Below are positions 40,488 to 50,524 of a DNA stretch of 64,000 bases, one piece after another (position 1 is the stretch's first letter; every line of letters starts with the position of its first letter). Origin of the DNA: Marinicella sp. (GTDB lineage Bacteria > Pseudomonadota > Gammaproteobacteria > Xanthomonadales > Marinicellaceae). The DNA is taken from NCBI GenBank assembly GCA_965230295.1, contig OZ246001.1, positions 1-64,000 on the forward strand, written 5' to 3'. The position numbers and the translations under genes were made by a program. Under the pieces are notes generated by a model, which worked only from the letters and a program-made list of their open reading frames with translations, had not been told where the DNA came from and did not search any database.

Positions 40488-41897
40488 ATGCGAAACCGAT
40501 GTCATGCAATTTTAATCTTGTTGCTTCTTGCTGTGTCATGCTTGAGTATAGGCGCTGATAAAGGTCTGTTACCACCCAGTAAGAACACCTTAAAATCATT
40601 AAATGTGCAAGCTCGTTCAGCCGATAAGGCCATACCTGTTGAGCAAAGTTGGCACCTCTCTAAAAGCGAATCCCAAGGTTTAATGAACAGCCGACTCAAC
40701 GAAAAAGTATCAATCTCTGGTTTTCCGGCAGCCATTACAAATACACATTCAGACACACACACGAAGCGATTGAAAGATGTGGAACTTACTCGCTACGATT
40801 TCATGTCACCAGGGGCCACAATCACTTTGATCAGCGACTCTGGTCAAGTGACTATAAAGCAACCGGAATTAATGGCTTTCAGTTCATCCGAACATGGCAT
40901 TGGTATATTGTTAAACCCAAAAACTGGTGACATCACCGGCATGTTCAATCAATCTGGTGTCTCAATGGACATCAGTGGTAACATCCAAACCGGCCTCGAT
41001 TTAAGGCGCAATGATGAAGGCATACCTGGGGATGAAAGAAGTCAACAATGCCATACGGCCATGGCCGATCAGCCAGGTGATGTATTGGCAGATTTAACAA
41101 CAGATATGATGTCTAACTCACTGGCACTCAACAACCGTGGGACGATTGATTATGAAACCGTCGTTGCTGTGGATACCGACAATGAATGGATGCTTGGCAA
41201 AGGTAACAACACCACCACGGCTTTTAACTACATTGCCAGCTTATTTGTGAATATGAATGTCTTCTTCGAACGTGATTTGGCCTTGCGTGTACTGATTGGC
41301 AATGTCACCTTGCGAACCACCTCCGACCCCTACCCAACTGTTTCCAGCATAGTCGATTCATTGAATGATTTTGGAGAGTATTGGCGGGTCAACAATGATG
41401 CCATAGATCGAGATTTTACTGTTTTGTTGAGCGGGCAAAGCATTGGCAGTCTTTCTTTTTCAGGTATAGCATGGATCAATCAGTATTGCGAAAATGGCTT
41501 TTTACAAAATGGTGGCACCGAAACTGTGGGCAGTTACAGCGTAAACCGAATTGGTAGCAGCCTTTCAACAAGCTTCACGGCACCTTTTTTGGCACACGAA
41601 TTGGGCCACAACATGGGATCACCCCATACCCATTGTTATATACCAGCTGTTGATGAGTGCTTTAATGGCGAAAGCGGTTGTTTTTCAGGCAGTGTTGTTT
41701 CTTGTCCGGCGGGTGGTTCAGGGACCATCATGAGCTATTGCCATTTTGGCCCACCCAATGGTGCCGACTGTGGCCCCAGCGACGAAGAATTTCACCCCAC
41801 AGTGATTTCATTGTTTAACAGCAGAATTCTCAGCAATTTTCCCAGCTGTATTCAGGCTTTAGGTTCGGACATTATTTTTGCTGACAGTTTCGACTGA
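40488..41897 (+). CDS. Secreted M12 (reprolysin-like) zinc metalloprotease
   Basis: Signal peptide, HELGHNMGSPH, Met-turn TIMSY, C-terminal DIIFADSFD. Confidence 0.9.
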   Translation: MRNRCHAILILLLLAVSCLSIGADKGLLPPSKNTLKSLNVQARSADKAIPVEQSWHLSKSESQGLMNSRLNEKVSISGFPAAITNTHSDTHTKRLKDVELTRYDFMSPGATITLISDSGQVTIKQPELMAFSSSEHGIGILLNPKTGDITGMFNQSGVSMDISGNIQTGLDLRRNDEGIPGDERSQQCHTAMADQPGDVLADLTTDMMSNSLALNNRGTIDYETVVAVDTDNEWMLGKGNNTTTAFNYIASLFVNMNVFFERDLALRVLIGNVTLRTTSDPYPTVSSIVDSLNDFGEYWRVNNDAIDRDFTVLLSGQSIGSLSFSGIAWINQYCENGFLQNGGTETVGSYSVNRIGSSLSTSFTAPFLAHELGHNMGSPHTHCYIPAVDECFNGESGCFSGSVVSCPAGGSGTIMSYCHFGPPNGADCGPSDEEFHPTVISLFNSRILSNFPSCIQALGSDIIFADSFD

Positions 41898-41900
41898 AAA

Positions 41901-42599
41901 TTATTGTGAATTGAGGTTGTGACCTGATGCAGTTGTTGGTTTGATCAACAGGGCTCGGCTTTGAATTGTTTTGCCATGAACCATATGATCAATGACTGAA
42001 CGCATCAAATGATTGATCTCTTTCAGCATCGTTGATGACAGTGGTTGGCCTTTGATGAATTGGCTGAAGGAAGCTGCCGTGCATGTTTTGAGCCGGTCAC
42101 TGACAACCAGGCCATTAACAGGACAAAACGCCACAAAATCTGTCGAATCGATGTGTTTGGGCAAACTCAGCTGATATCCTTGTGAGCAACACAAGCGCCA
42201 TTCAAATTGACGCAAAATCAAGCTGACTTTCGCTGCCGACTGCAACGCCTTGATGGTGCGCGCATACAATTCGAACAACTCGGCGTGGTAGTCTTCATTG
42301 AAAGTTAAGAGCAAGATAAGCTCATTACAATACAACATTGACACATGATTAAGGTAGGCACACACCGGATTAACACCAACCTGTTCAGACTGCACCAAGG
42401 TCTTTAAGTCAGATCGGCCTGAATAACTGATTTGACATTCGATGAAAGGTTGCAACTGACCTTTTACTTTTGATTTTGGGTTTCTGCTGCCCTTGCTGAC
42501 CAAATCTATCACACCCGACTGCTTTCCCAACACTTTGATCAATTCGCTGCTGTCCTTAAATGGCCGCTTGTGCAACACATATGCCTGATCTGAGATCAT
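41901..42599 (-). CDS. recO: DNA repair protein RecO
   Basis: AYVLHKRPFKDSS, LQPF, LYCNEL, LRQFE; rnc-era-recO synteny. Confidence 0.9.
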   Translation of the reverse strand: MISDQAYVLHKRPFKDSSELIKVLGKQSGVIDLVSKGSRNPKSKVKGQLQPFIECQISYSGRSDLKTLVQSEQVGVNPVCAYLNHVSMLYCNELILLLTFNEDYHAELFELYARTIKALQSAAKVSLILRQFEWRLCCSQGYQLSLPKHIDSTDFVAFCPVNGLVVSDRLKTCTAASFSQFIKGQPLSSTMLKEINHLMRSVIDHMVHGKTIQSRALLIKPTTASGHNLNSQ

Positions 42600-42611
42600 T
42601 GTGCTTAATTC

Positions 42612-43550
42612 TTACTGATCTTTAAAATCATCATTATAGCCCAAAGCTTCAATGGCTCTGATGTCATCAGTCCAGGAAGACTTGACTTTCACCCACAGCT
42701 TTAAATTAACCTTGGCATCTATAAACGCCTGTATTTCTTGTCTGGCCTTGATTCCAATTTGTTTTATGGCCTCACCCTTAGAACCAATGATGATGCGTTT
42801 TTGGTTGTTCCTTTCAACCCATATATTGGCATGGATGTGGTGAGTCTGACCTTTAATCTCATAGGCTTCAATATTGACCGTCACACTGTATGGCAATTCC
42901 TGATGAAAGCGATCCATCAACTGTTCCCGGATCAATTCAGTGATAAAAAACCGGGTTGACCGGTCTGAAATTTGCTCCTCATCGAACATAGGCTCACCCA
43001 CCGGCAAGTAATCATGAATGACATCCAATAACGGTTCAACATGCTTATTCTTTAACGCACTGATGTAATGAATGGCATCAAAATCAAAATCTTGCATGAT
43101 CTTTTCAACAAATGGGATCATCTGTTCTTTGTGCTTAACTTTATCAACTTTATTGACCACCAGGATCTTTTTTGCATTTGATTGTGCCATCACTTTGGCA
43201 GCCCGTAAATCTTCGTCAGTCCATTTCAAAGCTTCAACCAAAAACAACAGCACATCAACGCCATGTGAAGATGACTGGGCAGTTTGATTTAAATGCTTGT
43301 TCAATGCAGTGCCCTTTTGGTTATGAATTCCAGGCGTGTCAATGAATACCATTTGTCCACGATCAGTGGAGTGGATGGCCAAAATTTGATGTCTGGTGGT
43401 TTGGGGCTTATGCGAGACAATAGACAGTTTTTGCTGTAAAACTTGATTGATTAAAGTGGACTTACCCACATTCGGGCGACCTATGACTGTCACATACCCT
43501 GCTTTATAGTTTTCAACCATTCCGTCATGGCTTCCTGATTCGACCATCAT
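42612..43550 (-). CDS. era: GTPase Era
   Basis: GRPNVGKST, QTTR, DTPG, NKVD, KH domain. Confidence 0.97.
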   Translation of the reverse strand: MMVESGSHDGMVENYKAGYVTVIGRPNVGKSTLINQVLQQKLSIVSHKPQTTRHQILAIHSTDRGQMVFIDTPGIHNQKGTALNKHLNQTAQSSSHGVDVLLFLVEALKWTDEDLRAAKVMAQSNAKKILVVNKVDKVKHKEQMIPFVEKIMQDFDFDAIHYISALKNKHVEPLLDVIHDYLPVGEPMFDEEQISDRSTRFFITELIREQLMDRFHQELPYSVTVNIEAYEIKGQTHHIHANIWVERNNQKRIIIGSKGEAIKQIGIKARQEIQAFIDAKVNLKLWVKVKSSWTDDIRAIEALGYNDDFKDQ

Positions 43551-44206
43551 GTTGCCTTTAATGACTCAATGATTTTGTGGGCTGCAGACTGTTCTGCTTT
43601 TTTAATCGAGCTGCCTGTAGATACAATGGACAATTTGAGTTCATTGACCATGCACTGAACCTTGAATTTAATTTCATTGTTGACTTCAATTTCTTCAATG
43701 GTTTGGTAGACGGGTAAAGGTAAACCTTGTTGTTGGAGTATCTCTTGCAGTTCAGATTTGGGGTCTTTTTTGATCAACTCAGGATTGATGTCTTGTAACC
43801 AAGGTTGCATCACAGCTTCAATGAAAGATTTGGCTTGGGCATACCCTTGATCCAATAATACAGCGCCAAACACAGCTTCTACTGCATCTGCCAACACCGA
43901 GGATTTATTCACTCCACCAGATTTAATTTCACCGGGTCCAAGTTTAATCATTTGGCCCAAATGGTAGTGACGGCCTACTGCTGCCAAGGTTTTTCCTTTT
44001 ACCAACTGAGAACGCAACCGCGACAATTCACCTTCAGTTAAATCAGGGTATTGTTGGAATAAATAGGTGGAAATGACCAGAGATAAGATAGAGTCGCCCA
44101 AAAACTCCAACCTTTCATTATTCTGCTTGCCAGCGCTTCTGTGTGTAAGGGCTTGTTTAATCCAATCAGCATCCTGCCAATCAATTTTTTGACCCAAGAT
44201 TTTCAA
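43547..44206 (-). CDS. rnc: Ribonuclease III
   Basis: ALTHRS, NERLEFLGD, dsRBD DPKSELQE. Confidence 0.97.
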   Translation of the reverse strand: MKILGQKIDWQDADWIKQALTHRSAGKQNNERLEFLGDSILSLVISTYLFQQYPDLTEGELSRLRSQLVKGKTLAAVGRHYHLGQMIKLGPGEIKSGGVNKSSVLADAVEAVFGAVLLDQGYAQAKSFIEAVMQPWLQDINPELIKKDPKSELQEILQQQGLPLPVYQTIEEIEVNNEIKFKVQCMVNELKLSIVSTGSSIKKAEQSAAHKIIESLKAT

Positions 44207-44216
44207 TGTCTTGTCT

Positions 44217-44576
44217 TTAATTCAAAGGCACACTTTCTTCGAATTTTATTCTGAAAGATAAGTTTCCAATGAATTCTTTTTCTACGTCATATTTAACACG
44301 TAGCTCACGACCATTGCCCCTGACCACTTTGAAGTCACCAGGTTTAACTTGGTCAACATAACTGACGTATAACAATTTAGTAATCCTGCTTTTAATTTCA
44401 CCTGGAGACGGGTTACCACCCTCATCAGCCACAGTCTTCATGGCTTTTACCACTGACATATGGTCCATATAAACCGGTCCAATTTGCATACCTGCATACA
44501 GAAAAAAGCCTAAAACACCCAAAACAAAGACAAATCCTATTAATGTGATTCCCTGTGCTTTTTTTAATGATTTCAT
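44217..44576 (-). CDS. DUF4845 family protein
   Basis: Pilin-like QGITLIG N-terminus, PVYMD; conserved position between lepB and rnc. Confidence 0.8.
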   Translation of the reverse strand: MKSLKKAQGITLIGFVFVLGVLGFFLYAGMQIGPVYMDHMSVVKAMKTVADEGGNPSPGEIKSRITKLLYVSYVDQVKPGDFKVVRGNGRELRVKYDVEKEFIGNLSFRIKFEESVPLN

Positions 44577-44649
44577 AGTTTTACCTCATTTATAAGACGT
44601 ATTTAATGTAATTTCATAGGAATTATTATCAATTGCCATCAAACCAATG

Positions 44650-45447
44650 TCAAATAATCTTCGTTCCAATCCTTTTCAAGCCTTCCCAAAAATTTGGAAT
44701 GCGCCAATGCATCCAAATAAATTGCGCTTTACCAACCAAGTTTCTTTCTGGGACAAACCCCCATTCCCTGCTATCCTTGGAGTTGTCTCGATTGTCTCCC
44801 ATGACGAAGTAATGTCCAGCTGGTACTGTCACGCGGGTGTTTCTGAAATTATGTCGTGCACCATTGATGGTTAACATTTTATGACCAGTTTCTGTCAGAT
44901 ATTCAGTTTTCTCAACATTTCGCACCCGTTCATAATTGCCATCGAGGAAACCTTCATACTGACCATCTACATTTTGCTTGACTGGGTCTCCATTGATGTA
45001 CACCATCTTCTTCTTGGTGTCATAGTACAACTCATCACCCGGTAAACCGATGACTCTTTTGATGTAATCATCCTTTTGATTGGGTGGGTACCTAAAAACC
45101 ACCACATCCCCCCTTTCCGGATGACCAACCTCAATGATGGTGCCATGTGTTACCGGCATTTTCAGCCCATAAGAAAATTTATTGACGTAAATAAAATCTC
45201 CCGTTAACAAGGTCGGCATCATCGATCCGGACGGAATACGAAATGGTTCAAATACAAAAGTCCTGATCACCAAAACGAAGATAAAAACAGGAAAAAACGA
45301 ATACCCAAAGGAAATGATCGAAGTCATGATGCTCTTCGACTCAGGTTCTTTGCCTCTGTACTTAAACTTACCAATCAACCACATCACCAGGGTGATGGCA
45401 CTGGCCAAAGTTAAAAAGGCCTCAAAATCAAAATGTATTTCATTCAC
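44650..45447 (-). CDS. lepB: Signal peptidase I
   Basis: IPSGSMMPTL, DYIKRVIGLPGD, GDNRDNS.DSR. Confidence 0.97.
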   Translation of the reverse strand: MNEIHFDFEAFLTLASAITLVMWLIGKFKYRGKEPESKSIMTSIISFGYSFFPVFIFVLVIRTFVFEPFRIPSGSMMPTLLTGDFIYVNKFSYGLKMPVTHGTIIEVGHPERGDVVVFRYPPNQKDDYIKRVIGLPGDELYYDTKKKMVYINGDPVKQNVDGQYEGFLDGNYERVRNVEKTEYLTETGHKMLTINGARHNFRNTRVTVPAGHYFVMGDNRDNSKDSREWGFVPERNLVGKAQFIWMHWRIPNFWEGLKRIGTKII

Positions 45448-45460
45448 TGGGGGTTGTCCT

Positions 45461-47245
45461 CTATTTATCTACTTTTAATACTGCCAGAAACGCTTCTTGT
45501 GGTACTTCAACACGACCAATCTGCTTCATTCGTTTTTTACCGGCCTTTTGTTTTTCTAACAACTTTTTCTTTCGTGTGGCATCACCGCCATAACACTTGG
45601 CAGTTACATTTTTCCGCAAGGCTTTGACCGTTGTCCTTGCAATGATTTGCGAACCAATGGCTGCTTGAATGGCCACATCAAACATCTGACGAGGAATGAG
45701 TTCTTTCAGTCGTTCAGTCAAATCCCGACCTCGTCGTTGTGCATTTTCGCGGTGAGTTAGGACCGATAAAGCATCAACCCGCTCTCCATTAATCAAAACA
45801 TCCAACCTAATGAATGGGCCTGCCAAATAATGGCTGAATTCATATTCAAATGAAGCATAACCGCGACTGACTGATTTCAGCCTATCAAAGAAATCAAGTA
45901 CCACCTCACTCAAAGGTAAGTCAAAGGTCAATTGAACTTGGTTACCCAAGTATTGCATGTTTTTTTGAACGCCGCGTTTTTCAATACACAAACTGATGAC
46001 TGAACCGACATAATCTTGTGGCAATAAAATATTGGCGGTGATGATGGGTTCTCTGATTTCCTCAAACATCGGTGGCAAGTCTGCCGGGTTATCTAACATC
46101 ACTTGATTGCCACCCTTGTCTATCATTTCATAAACCACTGTGGGTGCTGTGGTGACCAAATCGATATCAAATTCACGTTCAATGCGTTCTTGAATGACTT
46201 CCATGTGCAACATGCCTAAGAAGCCACAGCGAAAACCAAAACCCAAAGCCGTTGAAGACTCAGGTTCAAAAGTTAAAGAGGCATCATTCAGACGAAGTTT
46301 TTCTAAAGCTTCTCGCAAATCCTGGTAATCATCTGCTGAAGTCGGAAACAAGCCTGCAAATACCCTGGGTTGTGACTCCATAAATCCTGCCAAGGGTTCT
46401 TTGGCTGGGTTTTGTGTGAGGGTGATGGTATCACCAACAGGCGCACCATGTACGTCTTTTATGGAAGCACTTAAATAACCAACTTCACCACATAACAGGC
46501 CTTGGCCAGGTGTTCTTTTGGGGGTGAACTTACCCAGGCCTTCCACCAATTGGTCGGTTTTCAGCGACATGATCTGAATCTTGTCTTTGACTTTTAATTC
46601 ACCGTTGAATATCCTGATCAAAGAAACCACACCCAGGTAATTATCAAACCATGAGTCGATGATGGAAGCTTGTAGGGGTTCAGCTGGAGACCCTGAGGGT
46701 GCTGGAATGAGTTCGGCGATCGCTTCTAGAACCGACTCAATGCCTTGTCCAGTTTTGGCAGATACCAACAAAGCATCCGAGGCATCAATTCCAATGATTT
46801 CTTCAATCTCTTGTTTTACCCGTTCAATGTCTGCAGAGGGTAAATCAATTTTATTGATCACAGGGATCACCTCTAAACCCATTTCTATTGCGGTGTAACA
46901 ATTGGCCACTGATTGCGCCTCAACACCTTGAGCGGCATCAACAACCAATAAGGCGCCTTCACAGGCTGCCAATGATCTTGAAACTTCATATGAAAAATCC
47001 ACATGCCCAGGGGTATCAATCAGGTTGTATTGATACACTTCACCAGAGTTTGATTTGAACTCCAAACACACGGCTTGAGATTTGATGGTGATTCCGCGTT
47101 CTCGCTCAATGTCCATACTGTCCAAAACCTGTTTGTCCATTTCGCGCTCTGACAAACCACCGCAAACCTGAATAAAACGGTCAGCTAAGGTCGATTTGCC
47201 ATGATCAATGTGGGCAATGATGGAAAAGTTACGAATATTTTTCAT
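45461..47245 (-). CDS. lepA: Translation elongation factor 4
   Basis: [31 protein letters not shown]. Confidence 0.98.
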   Translation of the reverse strand: MKNIRNFSIIAHIDHGKSTLADRFIQVCGGLSEREMDKQVLDSMDIERERGITIKSQAVCLEFKSNSGEVYQYNLIDTPGHVDFSYEVSRSLAACEGALLVVDAAQGVEAQSVANCYTAIEMGLEVIPVINKIDLPSADIERVKQEIEEIIGIDASDALLVSAKTGQGIESVLEAIAELIPAPSGSPAEPLQASIIDSWFDNYLGVVSLIRIFNGELKVKDKIQIMSLKTDQLVEGLGKFTPKRTPGQGLLCGEVGYLSASIKDVHGAPVGDTITLTQNPAKEPLAGFMESQPRVFAGLFPTSADDYQDLREALEKLRLNDASLTFEPESSTALGFGFRCGFLGMLHMEVIQERIEREFDIDLVTTAPTVVYEMIDKGGNQVMLDNPADLPPMFEEIREPIITANILLPQDYVGSVISLCIEKRGVQKNMQYLGNQVQLTFDLPLSEVVLDFFDRLKSVSRGYASFEYEFSHYLAGPFIRLDVLINGERVDALSVLTHRENAQRRGRDLTERLKELIPRQMFDVAIQAAIGSQIIARTTVKALRKNVTAKCYGGDATRKKKLLEKQKAGKKRMKQIGRVEVPQEAFLAVLKVDK

Positions 47246-47301
47246 GGGTTAGTATGGGTTCACTCATCAGCGAGACCAGTTTTAATGATTATCTGGCCCC
47301 T

Positions 47302-47337
47302 AAAAACAACAAATCCCATGGGGCTCATGGGATTTGT
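47302..47337 (-). terminator. Hairpin/terminator between mucD and lepA
   Basis: ACAAATCCCATG-AGCCC-CATGGGATTTGT followed by TGTTTTT on the minus strand. Confidence 0.7.
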
Positions 47338-47359
47338 GGGTATTTTATACTGTAAATGC

Positions 47360-48718
47360 TTAGCGTTCAATCACTATAAAGGTATTCCCGGCACCTCGTT
47401 TAACCAATAAAACCAAAGATTCATCATCATCCAAGTCGTCAATGGCATCACTGAAATCTGATAAATCAGCGATGTCATTTTTACCAATCCTCTTGATCAC
47501 ATCCCCTACCCTTAAATTGGCACGCTCAATGTCTTTCTCAGTGATGTCGGTCACGATCACTCCTGATGTTTCACCGGTTCTTTCTTTATCCTGTTCAGAC
47601 AGCTTACTGACTGAGAATCCGATACCGGCCTGAACTTGTTCATTCCCGCTGGCTGATGTACTGGCCTGTAGGTTGTCATTGAATATACCCAGTACAGCAG
47701 TCAAATCTTTGACCTTTCCGTCTCTGAACACTTGTAAAGACACTTCGGTATCTGGCATCACACTGCCGACCACTGGTGGTAAAGATTGTCTGGTTTTGAT
47801 GGATTTTCCATTGAAACTAACGATGACATCACCGACTTCTACACCTGCTTTTTGTGCAGCACTGTTTTCAGAGACTTGATTAACCAGCGCACCCATGGGT
47901 TTATCCATGCCTAAATAATCAGCCATGGCTTGATTGACATCATCAATACCCACACCAAGCAAACCACGTTTCACAACTCCATTGGCTTGTAGCTGATTGG
48001 CTACGTTCATGGCGACGTCTATGGGCACAGAAAAGGAGATCCCCATGTAGCCACCTGTGTTAGAAAAGATCAAAGTGTTGATACCGACCACTTCACCATC
48101 TAAATTGATCAATGGTCCACCTGAGTTACCCCTATTAATGGGAACGTCTGATTGAATGTATGGGACGTATTGTTGTGAGCCGATTTGCCTACCTTTGGCA
48201 CTGATGATGCCCTTAGTGATTGAATTTTCGAAACTCAATGGCGAGCCAATGGCCATCACCCATTCACCAATTTCCAGATCATCAGACTCAGCCAATTTTA
48301 AAGTTGGAAAATCTTTACCTGTGATTTTCAAAACTGCAATGTCACTGGCTTCATCTTCACCCACCAATTCAGCTTCAAATTCACGGCGATCCATCAAGGT
48401 AACAATGATTTTATCTGCACCTTCAACCACATGTCGGTTGGTCAAAATGGTACCATCTTTAGAAATGATGAAACCTGAACCCCCAGACACACGGTCTCTG
48501 TTTTGTGGTTGATTTGGAATACCAAAAAAACGATACAGTTCACTGTTTGGGTCTGCCGTAGTGTCTGCATTTTCATCAGCATTGTCTCGTGCCACAATGT
48601 TAACCACTGCCGGACCAGTTCGTTTGGCCAAATCTGTAAAGTTGGGTAATGTCATTTCAGCAGCCATCACTGTCGCGCTTAATGACCAAATTGAAATAAG
48701 TAACAATAGTTTTCTCAT
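47360..48718 (-). CDS. mucD: DegP/MucD-like periplasmic serine protease (two PDZ domains)
   Basis: TNRHVV, SDIAVLK, GNSGGPL; ATG 48718 with AAGGAG RBS and signal peptide. Confidence 0.88.
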   Translation of the reverse strand: MRKLLLLISIWSLSATVMAAEMTLPNFTDLAKRTGPAVVNIVARDNADENADTTADPNSELYRFFGIPNQPQNRDRVSGGSGFIISKDGTILTNRHVVEGADKIIVTLMDRREFEAELVGEDEASDIAVLKITGKDFPTLKLAESDDLEIGEWVMAIGSPLSFENSITKGIISAKGRQIGSQQYVPYIQSDVPINRGNSGGPLINLDGEVVGINTLIFSNTGGYMGISFSVPIDVAMNVANQLQANGVVKRGLLGVGIDDVNQAMADYLGMDKPMGALVNQVSENSAAQKAGVEVGDVIVSFNGKSIKTRQSLPPVVGSVMPDTEVSLQVFRDGKVKDLTAVLGIFNDNLQASTSASGNEQVQAGIGFSVSKLSEQDKERTGETSGVIVTDITEKDIERANLRVGDVIKRIGKNDIADLSDFSDAIDDLDDDESLVLLVKRGAGNTFIVIER

Positions 48719-48803
48719 TATAAACTCCTTCATATAGGTAAACTTAACGATCATGTGTTTTAAAATGCTATAGACTGCCAGTTGCAGCCTTAGTGCCAGT
48801 GAT

Positions 48804-49268
48804 TTATAAAATCGTGACTTTCGGCCTAAATTTCAAGGGTTTAATCAATGAATCAGATTGTGACATGAAGAAAACAATGATCAACCCTAAAACAAAGCCG
48901 ATTGCAGCTGACAAATCAGCTGACCACTGATTCAGTTGCCCCAAAAAATGACCTGCACTTAACATCAGTAAGACAATCATCAGTGGAACTAAATACAACA
49001 AAGCACTTGATTTCATCAAATCCTGATTGTTGATGTTGATACTGACCAGTTGATCCAACAGCTTGGGTTTATGGAACAGGTCATTCTTATCAACCACCTT
49101 ATATTGTGAGGCGTTTTTGTCCAGGGTGAAATGATTTTTCCGCAAGGCGAATAAATCAACCAATGGTTCATTACAATTGGCAGGACAATTGGCGCATTTT
49201 TCTGCTTTAATTAATTGCAAAGTGATGGCACGGTGGTTGCGGGCCACCACCCTACCTAATCGCTTCAT
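48804..49268 (-). CDS. rseC: RseC/MucC family protein
   Basis: CANCPANC Cys cluster, LLYLVPL plus two TMs; rpoE operon position. Confidence 0.75.
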   Translation of the reverse strand: MKRLGRVVARNHRAITLQLIKAEKCANCPANCNEPLVDLFALRKNHFTLDKNASQYKVVDKNDLFHKPKLLDQLVSININNQDLMKSSALLYLVPLMIVLLMLSAGHFLGQLNQWSADLSAAIGFVLGLIIVFFMSQSDSLIKPLKFRPKVTIL

Positions 49269-49858
49269 TCTTCCGCAGTATTTTGTCGTGCTTTTTGCTG
49301 GGACTGTTGAATCAATCTATTGGCATATTCAGTGTTGTAATAGACCGGAATTTGAGGCTTGTAATTACTCTCTGTCAAATACTGCTGAATCTGCGGAGTT
49401 AAAGAAGGGTAACGGGTAAAGCCTGTGGGTTGTTCTACACGAACCACTTGGGCGTTGGGAGGCTTGATCAGTTGTTCAGCGGTTTTGGCATAAACGGGCA
49501 CACCCTCGCTGACCGGTGTTATTTGGTTTTGGTTGAATGTAAAGACCGCAACCAAAGCCACCGATGCAGCAATGGCTGTACCTGTAACAGATTTCACCCA
49601 TCCAGAGAATTTTCCTGTTTCATTAACTTCATCCAATGCCACACCTTGTTGAAGTTCTTTGACTACTGACGCACCTAAATTTTCCATCAGCGGCGCATCA
49701 TTATCTTGTTGTAAACAAGAACGCAGCATATGGTAACTGTTCCAACTGGATTGCAATGAATCATCAGATTGCATGCGTTTTAACAGAAAACGGCTACAAT
49801 CATTGGACAATTCACCATCCATCAACTCAGAAATATTTTGTTTTGACTTATCTGACAT
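49265..49858 (-). CDS. rseA: Anti-sigma E factor RseA/MucA
   Basis: ISELMDGEL, W.SYHMLR, AIAASVALVAV TM. Confidence 0.9.
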   Translation of the reverse strand: MSDKSKQNISELMDGELSNDCSRFLLKRMQSDDSLQSSWNSYHMLRSCLQQDNDAPLMENLGASVVKELQQGVALDEVNETGKFSGWVKSVTGTAIAASVALVAVFTFNQNQITPVSEGVPVYAKTAEQLIKPPNAQVVRVEQPTGFTRYPSLTPQIQQYLTESNYKPQIPVYYNTEYANRLIQQSQQKARQNTAEE

Positions 49859-50453
49859 TTTGCTTTCTCAAACTCTCATCTTCTAACAGAGGACGCAATG
49901 CCAAATCAATGGCATCACGGGCTCTGAAAATTCTTGATCTTACTGTACCTATTGGGCAATCCATTTGTTCAGCTATTTCTTCATAGCTGAGGCCGTCAAC
50001 TTCTCTCAACACGATGGCCTTTTTTAAATCTTCTGGCAATTGTGCAATGGCTTTTGACATGGTTTGTTCTAACTCTCCGCGTGAATAGACCGCATCAGGC
50101 GTATCTAAGTTCCGGTGGTCTTCATTGCTGACGAAAGATTCGGCATCTTCGTATTCAACCTGGGTGTTTTGTATTCTTCTTGATTTTGCCACCAAATGAT
50201 TTTTTGAGGTATTAACAGCAATGCGATAGATCCAAGTATAAAATGAACTGTCACCTCGAAAATTTGGTAACGCTCGAAAAACCTTGATGAACACTTCTTG
50301 TGCCACATCTTGAATTTCATGGCGGTCTTTAATGAATTTTGCAATCACATTGGCTACTTTTTGCTGATATCGATTAACCAGCAGTTCAAAGGCAGCCATT
50401 TTTCCCTGTTTGGCTTGTTCGACCAATTCTGCATCCAATGTTTTTTCTGACAT
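49848..50453 (-). CDS. rpoE: RNA polymerase sigma factor RpoE
   Basis: DVAQEVFIK, FRGDSSFYTWIYRIA, CPIGTVRSRIFRAR; ATG 50453 (AGGA RBS) preferred over 50477. Confidence 0.95.
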   Translation of the reverse strand: MSEKTLDAELVEQAKQGKMAAFELLVNRYQQKVANVIAKFIKDRHEIQDVAQEVFIKVFRALPNFRGDSSFYTWIYRIAVNTSKNHLVAKSRRIQNTQVEYEDAESFVSNEDHRNLDTPDAVYSRGELEQTMSKAIAQLPEDLKKAIVLREVDGLSYEEIAEQMDCPIGTVRSRIFRARDAIDLALRPLLEDESLRKQNVR

Positions 50454-50489
50454 CTTATCCTGATTATTTGAATTCATTTAATTGCCTGC

Positions 50490-50517
50490 TTGGACTGCAC
50501 TGATCCGTAAATAGTTC
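50490..50517 (-). promoter_or_regulatory. Sigma-E autoregulatory promoter
   Basis: GAACTA-16 bp-GTCCAA directly upstream of rpoE. Confidence 0.7.
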
Positions 50518-50524
50518 ATTGCTT

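Noticed and set aside
48771-48797. Second sigma-E promoter before mucD
   Set aside because: GTCTA -10 is present but the -35 (GGCACT/GCACTA) and spacing are a weak match; left uncalled
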